A stretch of 64,000 bases of DNA. Origin: Vicinamibacterales bacterium (GTDB lineage Bacteria > Acidobacteriota > Vicinamibacteria > Vicinamibacterales > UBA8438). Below are positions 1 through 9,624 of the stretch, piece after piece. The stretch covers positions 507,914-571,913 of the forward strand of contig OZ244228.1 of NCBI GenBank assembly GCA_965217045.1. Direction: 5' to 3'. The notes under the pieces are model-generated. The model was not told the origin of the DNA and ran no database searches. It saw nothing but the letters and a program-made list of their open reading frames with translations. How positions within the stretch are numbered: the first letter of the stretch is position 1; each line of letters starts with the position of its first letter. The translations under genes and the position numbers were made by a program.

Positions 1-57
1 CAATCAGGCCAGAATTGCGGCATCATTACGAAATCTGAAGTTCGTAATGATGCCGCA

Positions 58-1764
58 ATGAGACCAACCCAGTTCTCCGCCGACACCGTCGTCGCCCTGC
101 TCCGCAAGCAGACCGTCGTCTCCCTGACCGACGTGATGGCCGCGTTCGGCCCCCGAGTCAGCAGGCGCACCGCGTTCCGCAAGCTCAAGGACCTCGACGC
201 CCACACCAGCTACTCCCATCGCGGCGGCTACTACACCCTCGACGAGCTCGCCGACTTCGAGGCTTTCGAACACGGCCTGTGGGCGTTCGGCCGGCGTCCG
301 CTTCTCCCGGGCCGGCACTCTCGTCGCAACCGCCGAGGCGTTCGTCAACCACGCCGAGGCCGGACACTTCGTCGACGAGCTCGACAACCTCCTCGGTGTC
401 GGCACCCAGGACGCCCTGCGCAAACTCGTCGGCGACGGGCGGCTGACGCGGCACAAGCTCGCCGGCCACTTCCTCTACTGCGCGACCGACCACGCGCACC
501 AGACGCATCAACTCCGCGCCCGACGGCTGCTGATGGCCACGCCCGGACTCGGGCGGCCCCTGCCCGACGCCGACCTGATGCCCGAGGAGTTGCGCGCCGC
601 CATCGCCTTGTTCGCCAGCCTGCTCGACGAGCGCCAGCGCCGGCTGTTCGCCGGACTCGAATCGCTCAAGTGCGGGTGGGGCGGCGACCGGCGCATCGCC
701 AGCCTGCTCGGCGTCGACCCGTCCACGGTCGCCACCGGCCGCCGGCAGCTCGTCGAGCGCGATGTCGAGGTCGACCGGGTGCGGCGCGCGGGCGGCGGAC
801 GAACACGGACGGAAAAAAAACGCCCGAAGTCTGCGCCCGCCTCGAAGCCCTGATGGCTCACGAGACGGCCGGCGACCCCGTCAGCGGCCTGAAGTGGACG
901 CGCCGCACCACCGCCAAACTCGCCGACGAACTCCACGGGCTCGGCATCGACGTCTGCCCCCCAGACGGTCGCCCGACTGCTCAAGGCAATGGGCTATTCG
1001 CTGCGCGTCAACCACAAGAAGCTCGCCGGCGCCTCGCATCCGAACCGCGACCAGCAGTTCCGGCACATCACCCAATTGCGCAAGCGCTGCGCCGCCGACC
1101 ACAGCCCCCTCATCAGCGTCGATACGAAGAAGAAGGAGCTCGTCGGCACGTTCCGCAATCCCGGCGCCAAGTGGGACCGCAGCCCCGAACTCGTCAACGA
1201 CCACGACTTCCGCTCCGATGCCGACGGCCTCGCCGTGCCCTACGGCATCTACGACCCCCGCGCCAATGCCGGCACCGTCTTCGTCGGCCGAACCGCCGAC
1301 ACCCCGGCGTTCGCCGTCGACTGCATCGAGAAGTGGTGGCGCACCGAGGGCCGCAAGCACTATCCCGAAGCCAAGACCCTGCAGATCCTCGCCGACGGCG
1401 GCGGCAGCAACAGCTGCACAGCGCGCGCCTGGAAGTTCAACTGCAACATCGCCTCTGCAACCGGCACGGCTTGCGGGTGAGGGTGGCCCACTACCCGCCC
1501 GCCACGTCGAAGTGGAATCCCATCGAACACCGCCTGTTCTGCGAGATCAGCAAGAACTGGGCCGGCCGACCCCTCGACAGCTACGAGACCATCCTCAAAT
1601 ACCTGCGCACCACACGCACCTCCACCGGACTGCGTGTGCGCGCCCACCTGGTGCGGAGAACCTACAAGACCGGGGTCAAGGTCACCGACGCCCAAATGCG
1701 AGAGCTGCGCATCACACCGAACCGCGCCATGCCCAAGTGGAACTACACCATCGAACCCATGTAA
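58..1764 (+). pseudogene. ISAzo13-family transposase (Rhodopirellula-type DDE) with long N-terminal extension, broken by several frameshifts
   Basis: Pieces in three frames (58-~290, 533-853, 989-1480, then to 1764) carry ISAzo13 motifs ISVDTKKKELVG, PYGIYD, ADGGGSN, SKWNPIEHRLF and WNYTI. A8 tract at 813-820. Confidence 0.85.
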
Positions 1765-1799
1765 CCGAAAAACGGAATCTATTCTTGCGTCGACCCCAA

Positions 1800-2155
1800 G
1801 AATGGGGGTCCCATTTCACGTGGCCACAAAGGTCCCTTTTCTAGTTGCCATTTCCACCTCAGGTGGAAGCGATGGCGAAAGGGAGCAGGCTCACGGGAGT
1901 GGCCGAACGGCCTATCACCCCGGAGATGAGCAGGAATGCCGGATGTCATCACATGCACAAGCGAAGGGGACGACCCGAGCGGTCGCCGTCGCCAGGGCGT
2001 CAACAGGCCTGACGACGCACCGGCCGGCCGGCTCAAGGGTGCGAGCCTGGTGCCAGGGCTCGCGAGACCCGTCCGCTGGTCGTGACCGGGAAGCCCGTGC
2101 GCGAGCCGCATGATTCCACTGGAGAGCCCGGTGCCGGAAATCGGCCCGCCGGGTT
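1800..2155 (+). ncRNA. Fragment of an apparently ORF-less group II intron ending in the first part of domain V (outer intron, 5' end lost)
   Basis: GAGAGCCCGGTGCCGGAAATCGGCCCGCCGGGTT at 2122-2155 is a domain V with the AGC triad and GAAA loop, interrupted at 2155/2156. No RT-like ORF precedes it. Confidence 0.6.
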
Positions 2156-2773
2156 GTGTGTCCAGCCAAGGCTGGCCTGTTCAGCGGGAGACAGCCCCGC
2201 CGGGGCAAGAATCAGGAGCCCCGTAGCTTGGATAGCAGGGAGGAGGGAAACCAAATTCCTGAAGCCTATCGACAGGGTCTCCCTTGGGGAGATTGCGAGT
2301 CATCGGGCCGTAACGTGAAGTGAACGCGGAGGTGGCCTCGAAAGTGTATTCCGAAGGCCGAGCCTGCAACCTGAAGGCGAAGGCAGCATGGGCGGTCGAA
2401 ACCTGATTGACGCGGCTGACCCACTTCGGCGGGGTGGTAGCGACAGCACGATGACAAGGACAGGCTGAGCAACTGGAGAAGCCCTCCTCGCCCCGGCGCG
2501 AAATCGCCGGAGCAAGGTAGGCTCTATAACCGGCAACACCGGGAAGTGAGCCGAAGGCGAGAGGGTGGCGGAGGGGCGTGTAGTAGCGTTGAGGCGGTGT
2601 AACTCCCGCGGAGCAAAGGCGCCCTGCTGTTGAACAGTTCTCCGACAACAAGGGAGGCAAGGACGGGATGACAAAGCCGTCCATTGGTTTGCAGGACCTG
2701 CGACGGAGAATATATCTCAAGGCGAAGGCTGACCAGAAATGGCGCTTCTGGGGGCTGTACGTTCATGTATGTA

Positions 2774-4070
2774 AGGCCACTGGCGGCAATTAACTTGCTA
2801 TCTTCTGGGTTTCGTAGTCTATTTCGGTTGCATGCAGCGCAACGTGGAATTGGAAGCCACCATCGTCGCGAAGTACGCGGTGGTCTCGCCCGTGTTGGAT
2901 GAGCGCAGTCGCCGCCGGTGGGCGGCCACCGAGTCTTTGTTCATCGGCTATGGCGGGGACGCGCTGGTCTCGTCGGCCACGGGTCTGGCCCGGGAGACGA
3001 TCCGGAAGGGTCGCCGGGAGATCTCGCAAGGCCAAACGCCGACAGACCGGGTACGACGTCCGGGCGCCGGGCGGCCCCGTCTCGAACAGAGCCAGCCCGG
3101 TCTGCTGGCCGCACTCGAAGCGCTGGTGGACCCGCTGACGCGCGGAGACCCGACCTCGCCGCTACGCTGGACAGGCAAGAGTCGGGCGAAGCTGGCCGCG
3201 GCGCTGACACAACAGGGGTGGCGAGTGAGTTCGACCACCGTCGGCCGGATGCTGCATCAACTGGGCTACCGGCTGCAATCGCCCCGCAAGCGCCAGGAGG
3301 GAGCGAGCCACCCGGACCGTAACGCGCAGTTCGAGCACATCAACGCGACCGCGGACGCGTTTCTGGCCGAGGGGCGGCCGGTGATCTCGGTCGACACGAA
3401 GAAGAAAGAGCTGGTCGGAAACTTCAAGAACGGCGGGCGGGAATGGCAGCCGAAGGGCACGCCGCCGGCGGTGTTGGTCCATGATTTCCCAACCGACGCC
3501 GAGGGCAAGGCGATTCCGTACGGCGTCTACGACATGGCGCGCAACGAAGCCTGGGTGAGCGTGGGATGGGACCACGACACACCGACGTTCGCGGTGGCGT
3601 CGATTCGCCACTGGTGGCGCCAGATGGGCTGCGGCGCCTACCCCGACGCCACCGCCCTGTTCGTCACGGCCGATGCGGGCGGGAGCAACGGGTATCGGTC
3701 TCGCGCCTGGAAGCATGAGCTTCAACAGTTGGCCGACGAGACCGGACTGACCATCCAGGTGAGTCATTTTCCACCCGGCACCAGCAAGTGGAACAAGATC
3801 GAACACCGGCTCTTCTGTCACATCACGGCGAACTGGCGCGGCACCCCGCTGACGACCTATGAGACTATCGTCGACCGCATCGGGAACACCCGGACGGCGA
3901 CCGGGCTCCGGGTCCTGGCCGAACTCGACGCCGGGCAGTATCCCACGGGCGTTACGGTGACCAAGGAACAGATGGACGCAATCGCGCTGGTCCGCGATAC
4001 GTTCCATGGGGAATGGAATTACAAACTGTTACCCCGATGAAGTTGATAACTTTATATCGATCACTGTCCT
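2774..4070 (+). mobile_element. ISAzo13-family IS inside intron A RT
   Basis: Encloses an intact transposase; imperfect IRs AGGCCACTG.. and ..CACTGTCCT; adjacent RT sequence deleted. Confidence 0.75.
2832..4040 (+). CDS. ISAzo13-family transposase (intact, 402 aa)
   Basis: ISVDTKKKELVGNFKN, PYGVYD, TADAGGSNG, TSKWNKIEHRLF and GEWNY motifs. Confidence 0.92.
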   Translation: MQRNVELEATIVAKYAVVSPVLDERSRRRWAATESLFIGYGGDALVSSATGLARETIRKGRREISQGQTPTDRVRRPGAGRPRLEQSQPGLLAALEALVDPLTRGDPTSPLRWTGKSRAKLAAALTQQGWRVSSTTVGRMLHQLGYRLQSPRKRQEGASHPDRNAQFEHINATADAFLAEGRPVISVDTKKKELVGNFKNGGREWQPKGTPPAVLVHDFPTDAEGKAIPYGVYDMARNEAWVSVGWDHDTPTFAVASIRHWWRQMGCGAYPDATALFVTADAGGSNGYRSRAWKHELQQLADETGLTIQVSHFPPGTSKWNKIEHRLFCHITANWRGTPLTTYETIVDRIGNTRTATGLRVLAELDAGQYPTGVTVTKEQMDAIALVRDTFHGEWNYKLLPR

Positions 4071-4413
4071 TACGGGTACCGGCCAAAACGCACGGCCCAT
4101 CGGGCGGTGCACCGGGTGACGACGGCGGTCGTAAAGAACAAGACCACGGTGATAGACGTGGACTTGGCGTCGTATTTCGATACGGTTCGACACGACATCC
4201 TGCTTGGAAAAGTGGCGATTCGGGTAGACGACGACGAAGTTTTACGGCTGTTGAAGCTCATCCTCAAGGCTGGAGGCAAGCGGGGCGTTCCCCAGGGTGG
4301 GGTTATTACTCCCCGAACGCAAAAGGCAACTTTCTGTTCGATCGGGTGATCACCGGCTGGCGAGACCGACCGGTACTTGATCTACGTCTCAAGAGGTAAT
4401 ATGTTTATGCCTC

Positions 4414-4746
4414 ATGGCGCGGGCCACCAAGGCCGACAAGGCGCGCTTGCTCAACGCCGCGTACCGCCTGCTCGGACAGCAGATGGAACGCGCCGAGGCG
4501 GCCCGGCAACTCGGTCGCGAGTGCGCGTTGTCGCGCCGGCAGGCCTACCGCTATCTTCAGGAAGCGGCCGGGCTGAGCGCTCCGCTGCCGGCGGTCGAGC
4601 CGACCGTCGCAGTCACCTTCAAGCTGCCGGTCAGCACCGTACGCGCAATCCGCGCATATGCCCGCCACAGCGGACTCTCCCTCGGACAAGTCGTCACCCA
4701 GGCGGTGACGGCGTTCCTGGACAACTTCCGTCAGCGACGTGGGTGA
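4414..4746 (+). CDS. Small putative DNA-binding protein (HTH-like N-terminus, ribbon-helix-helix-like C-terminus), LSR element orf1
   Basis: 110 aa; AEAARQL..LSRRQAYRYL and TFKLPVSTVRAIRAYA..SLGQVVTQAV patterns; overlaps the next ORF. Confidence 0.65.
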   Translation: MARATKADKARLLNAAYRLLGQQMERAEAARQLGRECALSRRQAYRYLQEAAGLSAPLPAVEPTVAVTFKLPVSTVRAIRAYARHSGLSLGQVVTQAVTAFLDNFRQRRG

Positions 4747-5041
4747 ACGACAACCACGAAGAGCTCCGCGGCAGGTGCAGCTCGATTGCACGTTCGATCG
4801 ACTTCGCGACAGCAAGATCGCCCAGGCGTACACGTTGTTGGTACCGGCCTGTATGCGTCCGGTTGCAGCCCACGGAATGGAGCGTCCACATGCAGATGGC
4901 GGCGATCTACACGCGCGTGTCCTCGAATCAGCAGCGCGAAGCGCACACGATCGCGAGCCAGACGGCGGCGCTGGTCGAATGGGCAGCGACGCTCGATCTG
5001 GAGGTGCCCCGGCAATGGGTCTTCGAAGACGAAGGCTATAG
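4739..5041 (+). CDS. Small hypothetical protein, LSR element orf2
   Basis: GTG start overlaps the orf1 stop; runs into the LSR start in another frame; true length uncertain. Confidence 0.4.
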   Translation: MGERQPRRAPRQVQLDCTFDRLRDSKIAQAYTLLVPACMRPVAAHGMERPHADGGDLHARVLESAARSAHDREPDGGAGRMGSDARSGGAPAMGLRRRRL

Positions 5042-6673
5042 CGGGGCGACGCTCGAACGGCCGGGATTGGAACAGGTGCGCGACCTGGCAGCCGCCGGCG
5101 ACATCCAGGTGGTGCTCGTGCACAGTCCGGACCGGCTGAGTCGGAAGTACGCCTACCAAGTCCTGTTGATCGAAGAGTTCGGACGTCACGGGGTCGAGAC
5201 CCGCTTCCTCAACGGCCCGTCGAACGCCACGGCCGAGGATCAGCTGCTGGTGTAGTTTCAGGGCATGATCGCCGAGTACGAACGCGCTCAGATCCTCGAA
5301 CGGTCGCGTCGTGGCAAGCGGCACCGCGCGCGAGCCGGCGAGATCAGTGTCCTGGGCGGCGCTCCCTATGGTTATCGCTACATTCGCAAGCGTGATGACC
5401 ACCCGGCGGCGTACGTCGTCATCGACGCCGAAGCGCGCGTTGTCCGCGACGTCTACGAGCACTACACCGTCACGGGCTGGAGCATCGCGGCGATCACCCG
5501 CTGGCTCAACGAGCAAGGTATGCCCACGCGGAAGGTCGGCACCCGTTGGGAACGCTCCACCGTATGGGCGATGCTGCGCAATCCGGCCTATCGCGGCACG
5601 GCGTGTTTCGGCAAGACGCGACGAGCCCAACGGCAGCGCGTGACGCGCCCACTACGGCTGCGTGGCGGCGCCGCCAGTCGCGACAGTGCGAACCACGAAC
5701 GGCCGCGCGAGGAATGGATCGAGATCCCGGTGCCGGCGATCGTGGACGAGTCGACCTTCGCGCGCGCACGAACTGCTGCACGAGAACAAGGTGCACGCCC
5801 GGCGGCGCACGATCGAACTGCACGAGAACGAGCCTCGTACAGGGGCTCGTGAGTTGCCAGAAATGTGGCTACGCGCTCTCGCGCGCGTCGGCCCGGTCGA
5901 GCGCCCGGAAGATTCACTACTACCGCTGCATCGGATCCGACGGATGGCGGCACCTCGGCGGCCCCCGGTGCGACACGCGCCCCGTGCGGCAGGACCTCTT
6001 GGACGAGGTCGTCTGGACCGAAGTGATACGGTTGCTTGAGGATCCGGCACTGATCCAACAGGAACTGGATCGCCGGCTGGCCGCCGCTCAGGCTGCTGAC
6101 CCTGCGAAGACCCGCACGCAGGCGGTGGAGCGGGACCTCACTCGAGTCGGGAAGAGCATGGAACGGCTGCTCACCGCCTACCAGGAGGATCTGCTGTCGC
6201 TCGAGCAGCTACGTGAGCGGATGCCGTTGCTGCGTCAACGTGAGCAGACGCTACGCTACGAGTTGAACGCTTTGGTCGAGCAGACTCGCGAGCGCGCCGC
6301 GCATCTGCGCTTGGCCGAGACCCTGTCGGCGTTTCTCACGCGCCTGCGCGCGACGGCCGAGACGCTCGACATCGTGGAGCGGCAGCGAATCGTGCGCCTC
6401 GTCGTCAAGGAGGTCCTCGTCAATGACGACAAGATCGTGATCCGCCACTGCATTCCCGTACCCTCGGGGCCACCGCCAACGAACGGTGGCGGACCGAACA
6501 ACGACGCCGACAACGCTGCGGACCCTCGAAGTTACCTTTTGCGTTCGGGGAGTAATTTCACCCTTGCTCAGCAATCTCTATCTCAACGAGGTGGACAAGA
6601 TGCTGGAGCGGGCGAAGGACGTCACCCGACAAGGACGCTACCACTACATCGAGTATGCTCGATTCGCCGATGA
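4890..6673 (+). pseudogene. Large serine recombinase (resolvase + recombinase + Zn-ribbon + coiled coil); in-frame TAG at 5253-5255 and indels at ~5770-5850
   Basis: AIYTRVSS catalytic motif, EDEGYSG, DRLSR, AEYERAQILERSRRGK, CQKCG..YYRC. The ORF reads through attR into host RT DNA. Confidence 0.9.
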
Positions 6674-6675
6674 CC

Positions 6676-7373
6676 GTGCGCCACGAAGGCGCAGAAGGGA
6701 GGCCGAGATGGCCGCCTAGCTGCAGCCATGCTGCACGAGGGATGAGGGTAGGCCCCTCGGAGCCGCCCGGCAGGGGGAGGCTCCAAACCGCCGTGCGCTG
6801 CTTCGGTCAAGAGCCGGGGTGGTAAGCGTCACGGAAACGGCGCGGCGCGACCGCGTCAGGTAGGGTGCAGGGAGACGAAGTGGATGAACCACCGGCAACG
6901 TGTCGAAAGCGTAGGGACGGTGTCGAAACCGGGGCGAGTCGTTAACCCGGGACGAGTCCAGTGGGAGCCTGCAGCTTGGCTGGGCGGCACCCGGCATAAA
7001 GGTGGCGTGACCCTGCACCAGGCCCTTGTGTGGAACGTGGGAACCTGTCGCCTCGATGTGAAGGGAGAAATCCAAGGGGCCGACCCCCAAGGATGAGAAG
7101 CCCGATGCGAGGCACAGGGGCGGAGCGACCCGTACGAGCGATGAAGTCGGGGAAACTCGATGGAGCAAAGGGGTCGCGTCATCCAGCGTGTCCCGACGGT
7201 CAACCGCGCGTGCGGGAGGAGCCGTCGAGCCACGCGAAGCCGTTCAGGCTGTTCGCCCATTGGCATCTGCTGGGGGTGACGCTGGCGGCTGGATGATGGG
7301 AGCTGTATGAGCGGAGACGTTCACGTACAGTTCTGCGAGCGCCCGGGGGTGAGATTCCCCCGGGCGACTCACC
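6676..7373 (+). mobile_element. Group II intron B, ORF-less deletion derivative, inserted 1 nt after the RT FADD codons
   Basis: GTGCG at 6676; domain V GAGCTGTATGAGCGGAGACGTTCACGTACAGTTC; ends ..GACTCACC. Removal restores TTC GCC GAT GAC C|TG (FADDL). Near-identical to 29753-29190 plus the 3' end of the full copy. Confidence 0.92.
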
Positions 7374-7840
7374 TGGTGATCCTGATCGACGGCTACCGCC
7401 GGTGGCGGTGGCTTGAGACGACCGTGTACAAGCGGCTTCTGGAGGAACTGGCCACACTCGACGTGGAACTCAATCGTGACAAGACGCGTCGCGTCGATCT
7501 CGCAAAGGGCGAGAGTTTCACCTTCCTTGGGTTCAGCATCCGCCGCGCCTGGACGCAGCGGGGCAAGTGGGGGGTTGCCTGTGTGCCGAAGATAGCGGCA
7601 CGCACCAAACTCCTGCGACGGCTCAAGGGGGTGATGCGACGACATTGCTCGCAACCGGTTGAAAGGGTCATTGCTCTCATCAACCCAATCCTGCGCGGAT
7701 GGACGAACTACTTCCGCATAGGACAATCGAGCCGATGTTTCAGTCACGTGAAGGACTGGGTCGAGAAGAAGGTACGGCGACACCTGATGCGACAGCGCGG
7801 GCGACTGGGGTTCGGCTGGAAGAGGTGGAGTAGGCAGAAG

Positions 7841-9624
7841 GTCTTCATTTAGCGGGTTCCGGGGCAGGTGTCAAAGTTTTGACTTGTACAAATTTCGGAA
7901 CTGTGGCATAACCTTGGCGTGAAGGTCGGGGACCGCAATTCGCACGAGAACCTGCAGGCCGAGGTCGAACGGCTCCGCACGGAGTTGACGCGGCGCGAGC
8001 GCGACACCAAGAACCAGCAACGCGAGAACGGTCGCCAGCAGCGTCAGATCGACGGCCTGCAAGGCCAGATCGAGCGTCAGAAGCGGGAGATCGAGCAACT
8101 GAGGGGGCAGTTGGCCGCCGCGCGCCGGGCGGGGTTCCGACAAGCCGCCCCCTTCGCCAAGGACCGACCGCAAGGACGCGGCCGGCGTCCCGGTCGACGG
8201 GCTGGTACGCAGTATGGTCGGAAGGCGTGCCGCCCGCGCCCGGCACGGGTTGACCAGACCCTGGAAGCGCCGGTGCCGACGGCGTGTCCCGACTGCGGCG
8301 GGTCGGTCGAAGTGACCCACGTGGCGTCGCAGTATCAGGAAGAAATCCCCGAAGTGCGCCCGGTCGTGCGCCGCTTCGACATCGAAGTGGGCCGCTGCTC
8401 ACAGTGTCGGCGGCGCGTGCAGGGCCGCCACGCGCTGCAGACCTCGGATGCGCTGGGAGCGGCCGGCGCGCAGCTCGGCCCCGGCGTCGTCGCGCTGGTC
8501 GTCGAGTTGCACACGGAGATGGGCGTACCGCTGGCGAAGGTCGCCCATGTGCTGCGGACCACGTTCGGCTTACACGTGACACCGGGCGGCCTCGCCCACC
8601 TGCTGCACCGCACGGCCCGCGACGCCGCGCCGACCTACACGGCGCTGTGCGAGCAGGTCCGCAACTCGCCCACGGTCACACCGGATGAAACCGGGTGGCG
8701 CGTCGGTGCCATCAGCCACTGGCTGTGGGCCTTCGTCACCCCGGAGACGACGGTCTACGCCATTTGCCCCGGCCGCGGGTTCGACGATGCCACCACGGTT
8801 CTGGGGGCCGACTTCGCCGGGGTGCTCGTGCGCGACGGGTGGGTGTCGTATCGTTGCTACCGCGAAGCGCTGCACCAATCCTGTCTGAATCACCTACTCC
8901 GACGATGCAAGGAACTGCAGGAAGATCATCCGCACAGTCTGTGGGCCGGGCAGGTGCAAGCGGTCTTGCAGACGGGCCTTGCCGTGCGTGACCGCTGCAA
9001 CGACGGCGAGCTGAGCGAGCACGGTCTGGCATCGATCCGCGGCCGACTCGTAGCCCGGCTCGGTCGGCTCATTGACGCACCGCCACCGCTGGACGACGCC
9101 GAGCGCTTTGCCCGGCATCTGGCCACCGAATTCGCTGCCGTGTTTCTCTTCTTGTGGGACCTGTCGATCGACGCCACCAACTGGCGCGCCGAACAGGCCA
9201 TCCGTCCCGCCGTCGTTATCCGAAAGGTCTGCGGTGGCAACCGCACCCGCCACGGCGCCGACAGCCAGCAGGTGCTGGCCAGCGTCGTGCGCACCGCCCG
9301 CCAACGCGACCTCGATCTACCTCCGCTGATCGCCACGATGTTGCGCGCCACCGGTCCCGTCGTCCCCGACGCCTTCGGGCTCCCCCCGCCGCCCGCCTGA
9401 GGGTGGGCGAGCATCGCTCCCTCGCGAGACGTGAAGATCGGCAACCCCGAGACGGTCGCTTCAACTGCGACCGACCCAGGCAGGTACCGTCACGCGCAGG
9501 GGTGAAGCACCAATAGAACCGATGCAGTTCACAGCTCCGTTGCCGTTCGGAACTTCAAGAGTCCCCAACCCATTTCTGCTATTTATGCCCGTATTTGTTG
9601 AGGAATCACCCGCTAAACGAATAC
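7841..9624 (+). mobile_element. IS66-family single-ORF element in the intron A RT C-terminus
   Basis: IRs GTCTTCATTTAGCGGGT / ACCCGCTAAACGAATAC; 8-bp target duplication GGCAGAAG at 7833-7840 and 9625-9632. Confidence 0.9.
7919..9400 (+). CDS. IS66-family transposase
   Basis: N-terminal coiled coil, CPDCGG/CSQC zinc finger, DETGW, VRDGW, TNWRAEQAIRPAV. Confidence 0.9.
   Translation: MKVGDRNSHENLQAEVERLRTELTRRERDTKNQQRENGRQQRQIDGLQGQIERQKREIEQLRGQLAAARRAGFRQAAPFAKDRPQGRGRRPGRRAGTQYGRKACRPRPARVDQTLEAPVPTACPDCGGSVEVTHVASQYQEEIPEVRPVVRRFDIEVGRCSQCRRRVQGRHALQTSDALGAAGAQLGPGVVALVVELHTEMGVPLAKVAHVLRTTFGLHVTPGGLAHLLHRTARDAAPTYTALCEQVRNSPTVTPDETGWRVGAISHWLWAFVTPETTVYAICPGRGFDDATTVLGADFAGVLVRDGWVSYRCYREALHQSCLNHLLRRCKELQEDHPHSLWAGQVQAVLQTGLAVRDRCNDGELSEHGLASIRGRLVARLGRLIDAPPPLDDAERFARHLATEFAAVFLFLWDLSIDATNWRAEQAIRPAVVIRKVCGGNRTRHGADSQQVLASVVRTARQRDLDLPPLIATMLRATGPVVPDAFGLPPPPA

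Larger units (their letters stand above)
4307..6554 (+). mobile_element. Minimal large-serine-recombinase integrative element (attL-orf1-orf2-LSR-attR) inserted in intron RT motif 4
   Basis: 26-bp inverted terminal arms at 4307-4332 and 6529-6554 (25/26 identical), each adjacent to an AT core (4305-4306, 6555-6556). Excision restores GGG GTT ATT TCA CCC (G-V-I-S-P). Confidence 0.9.
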
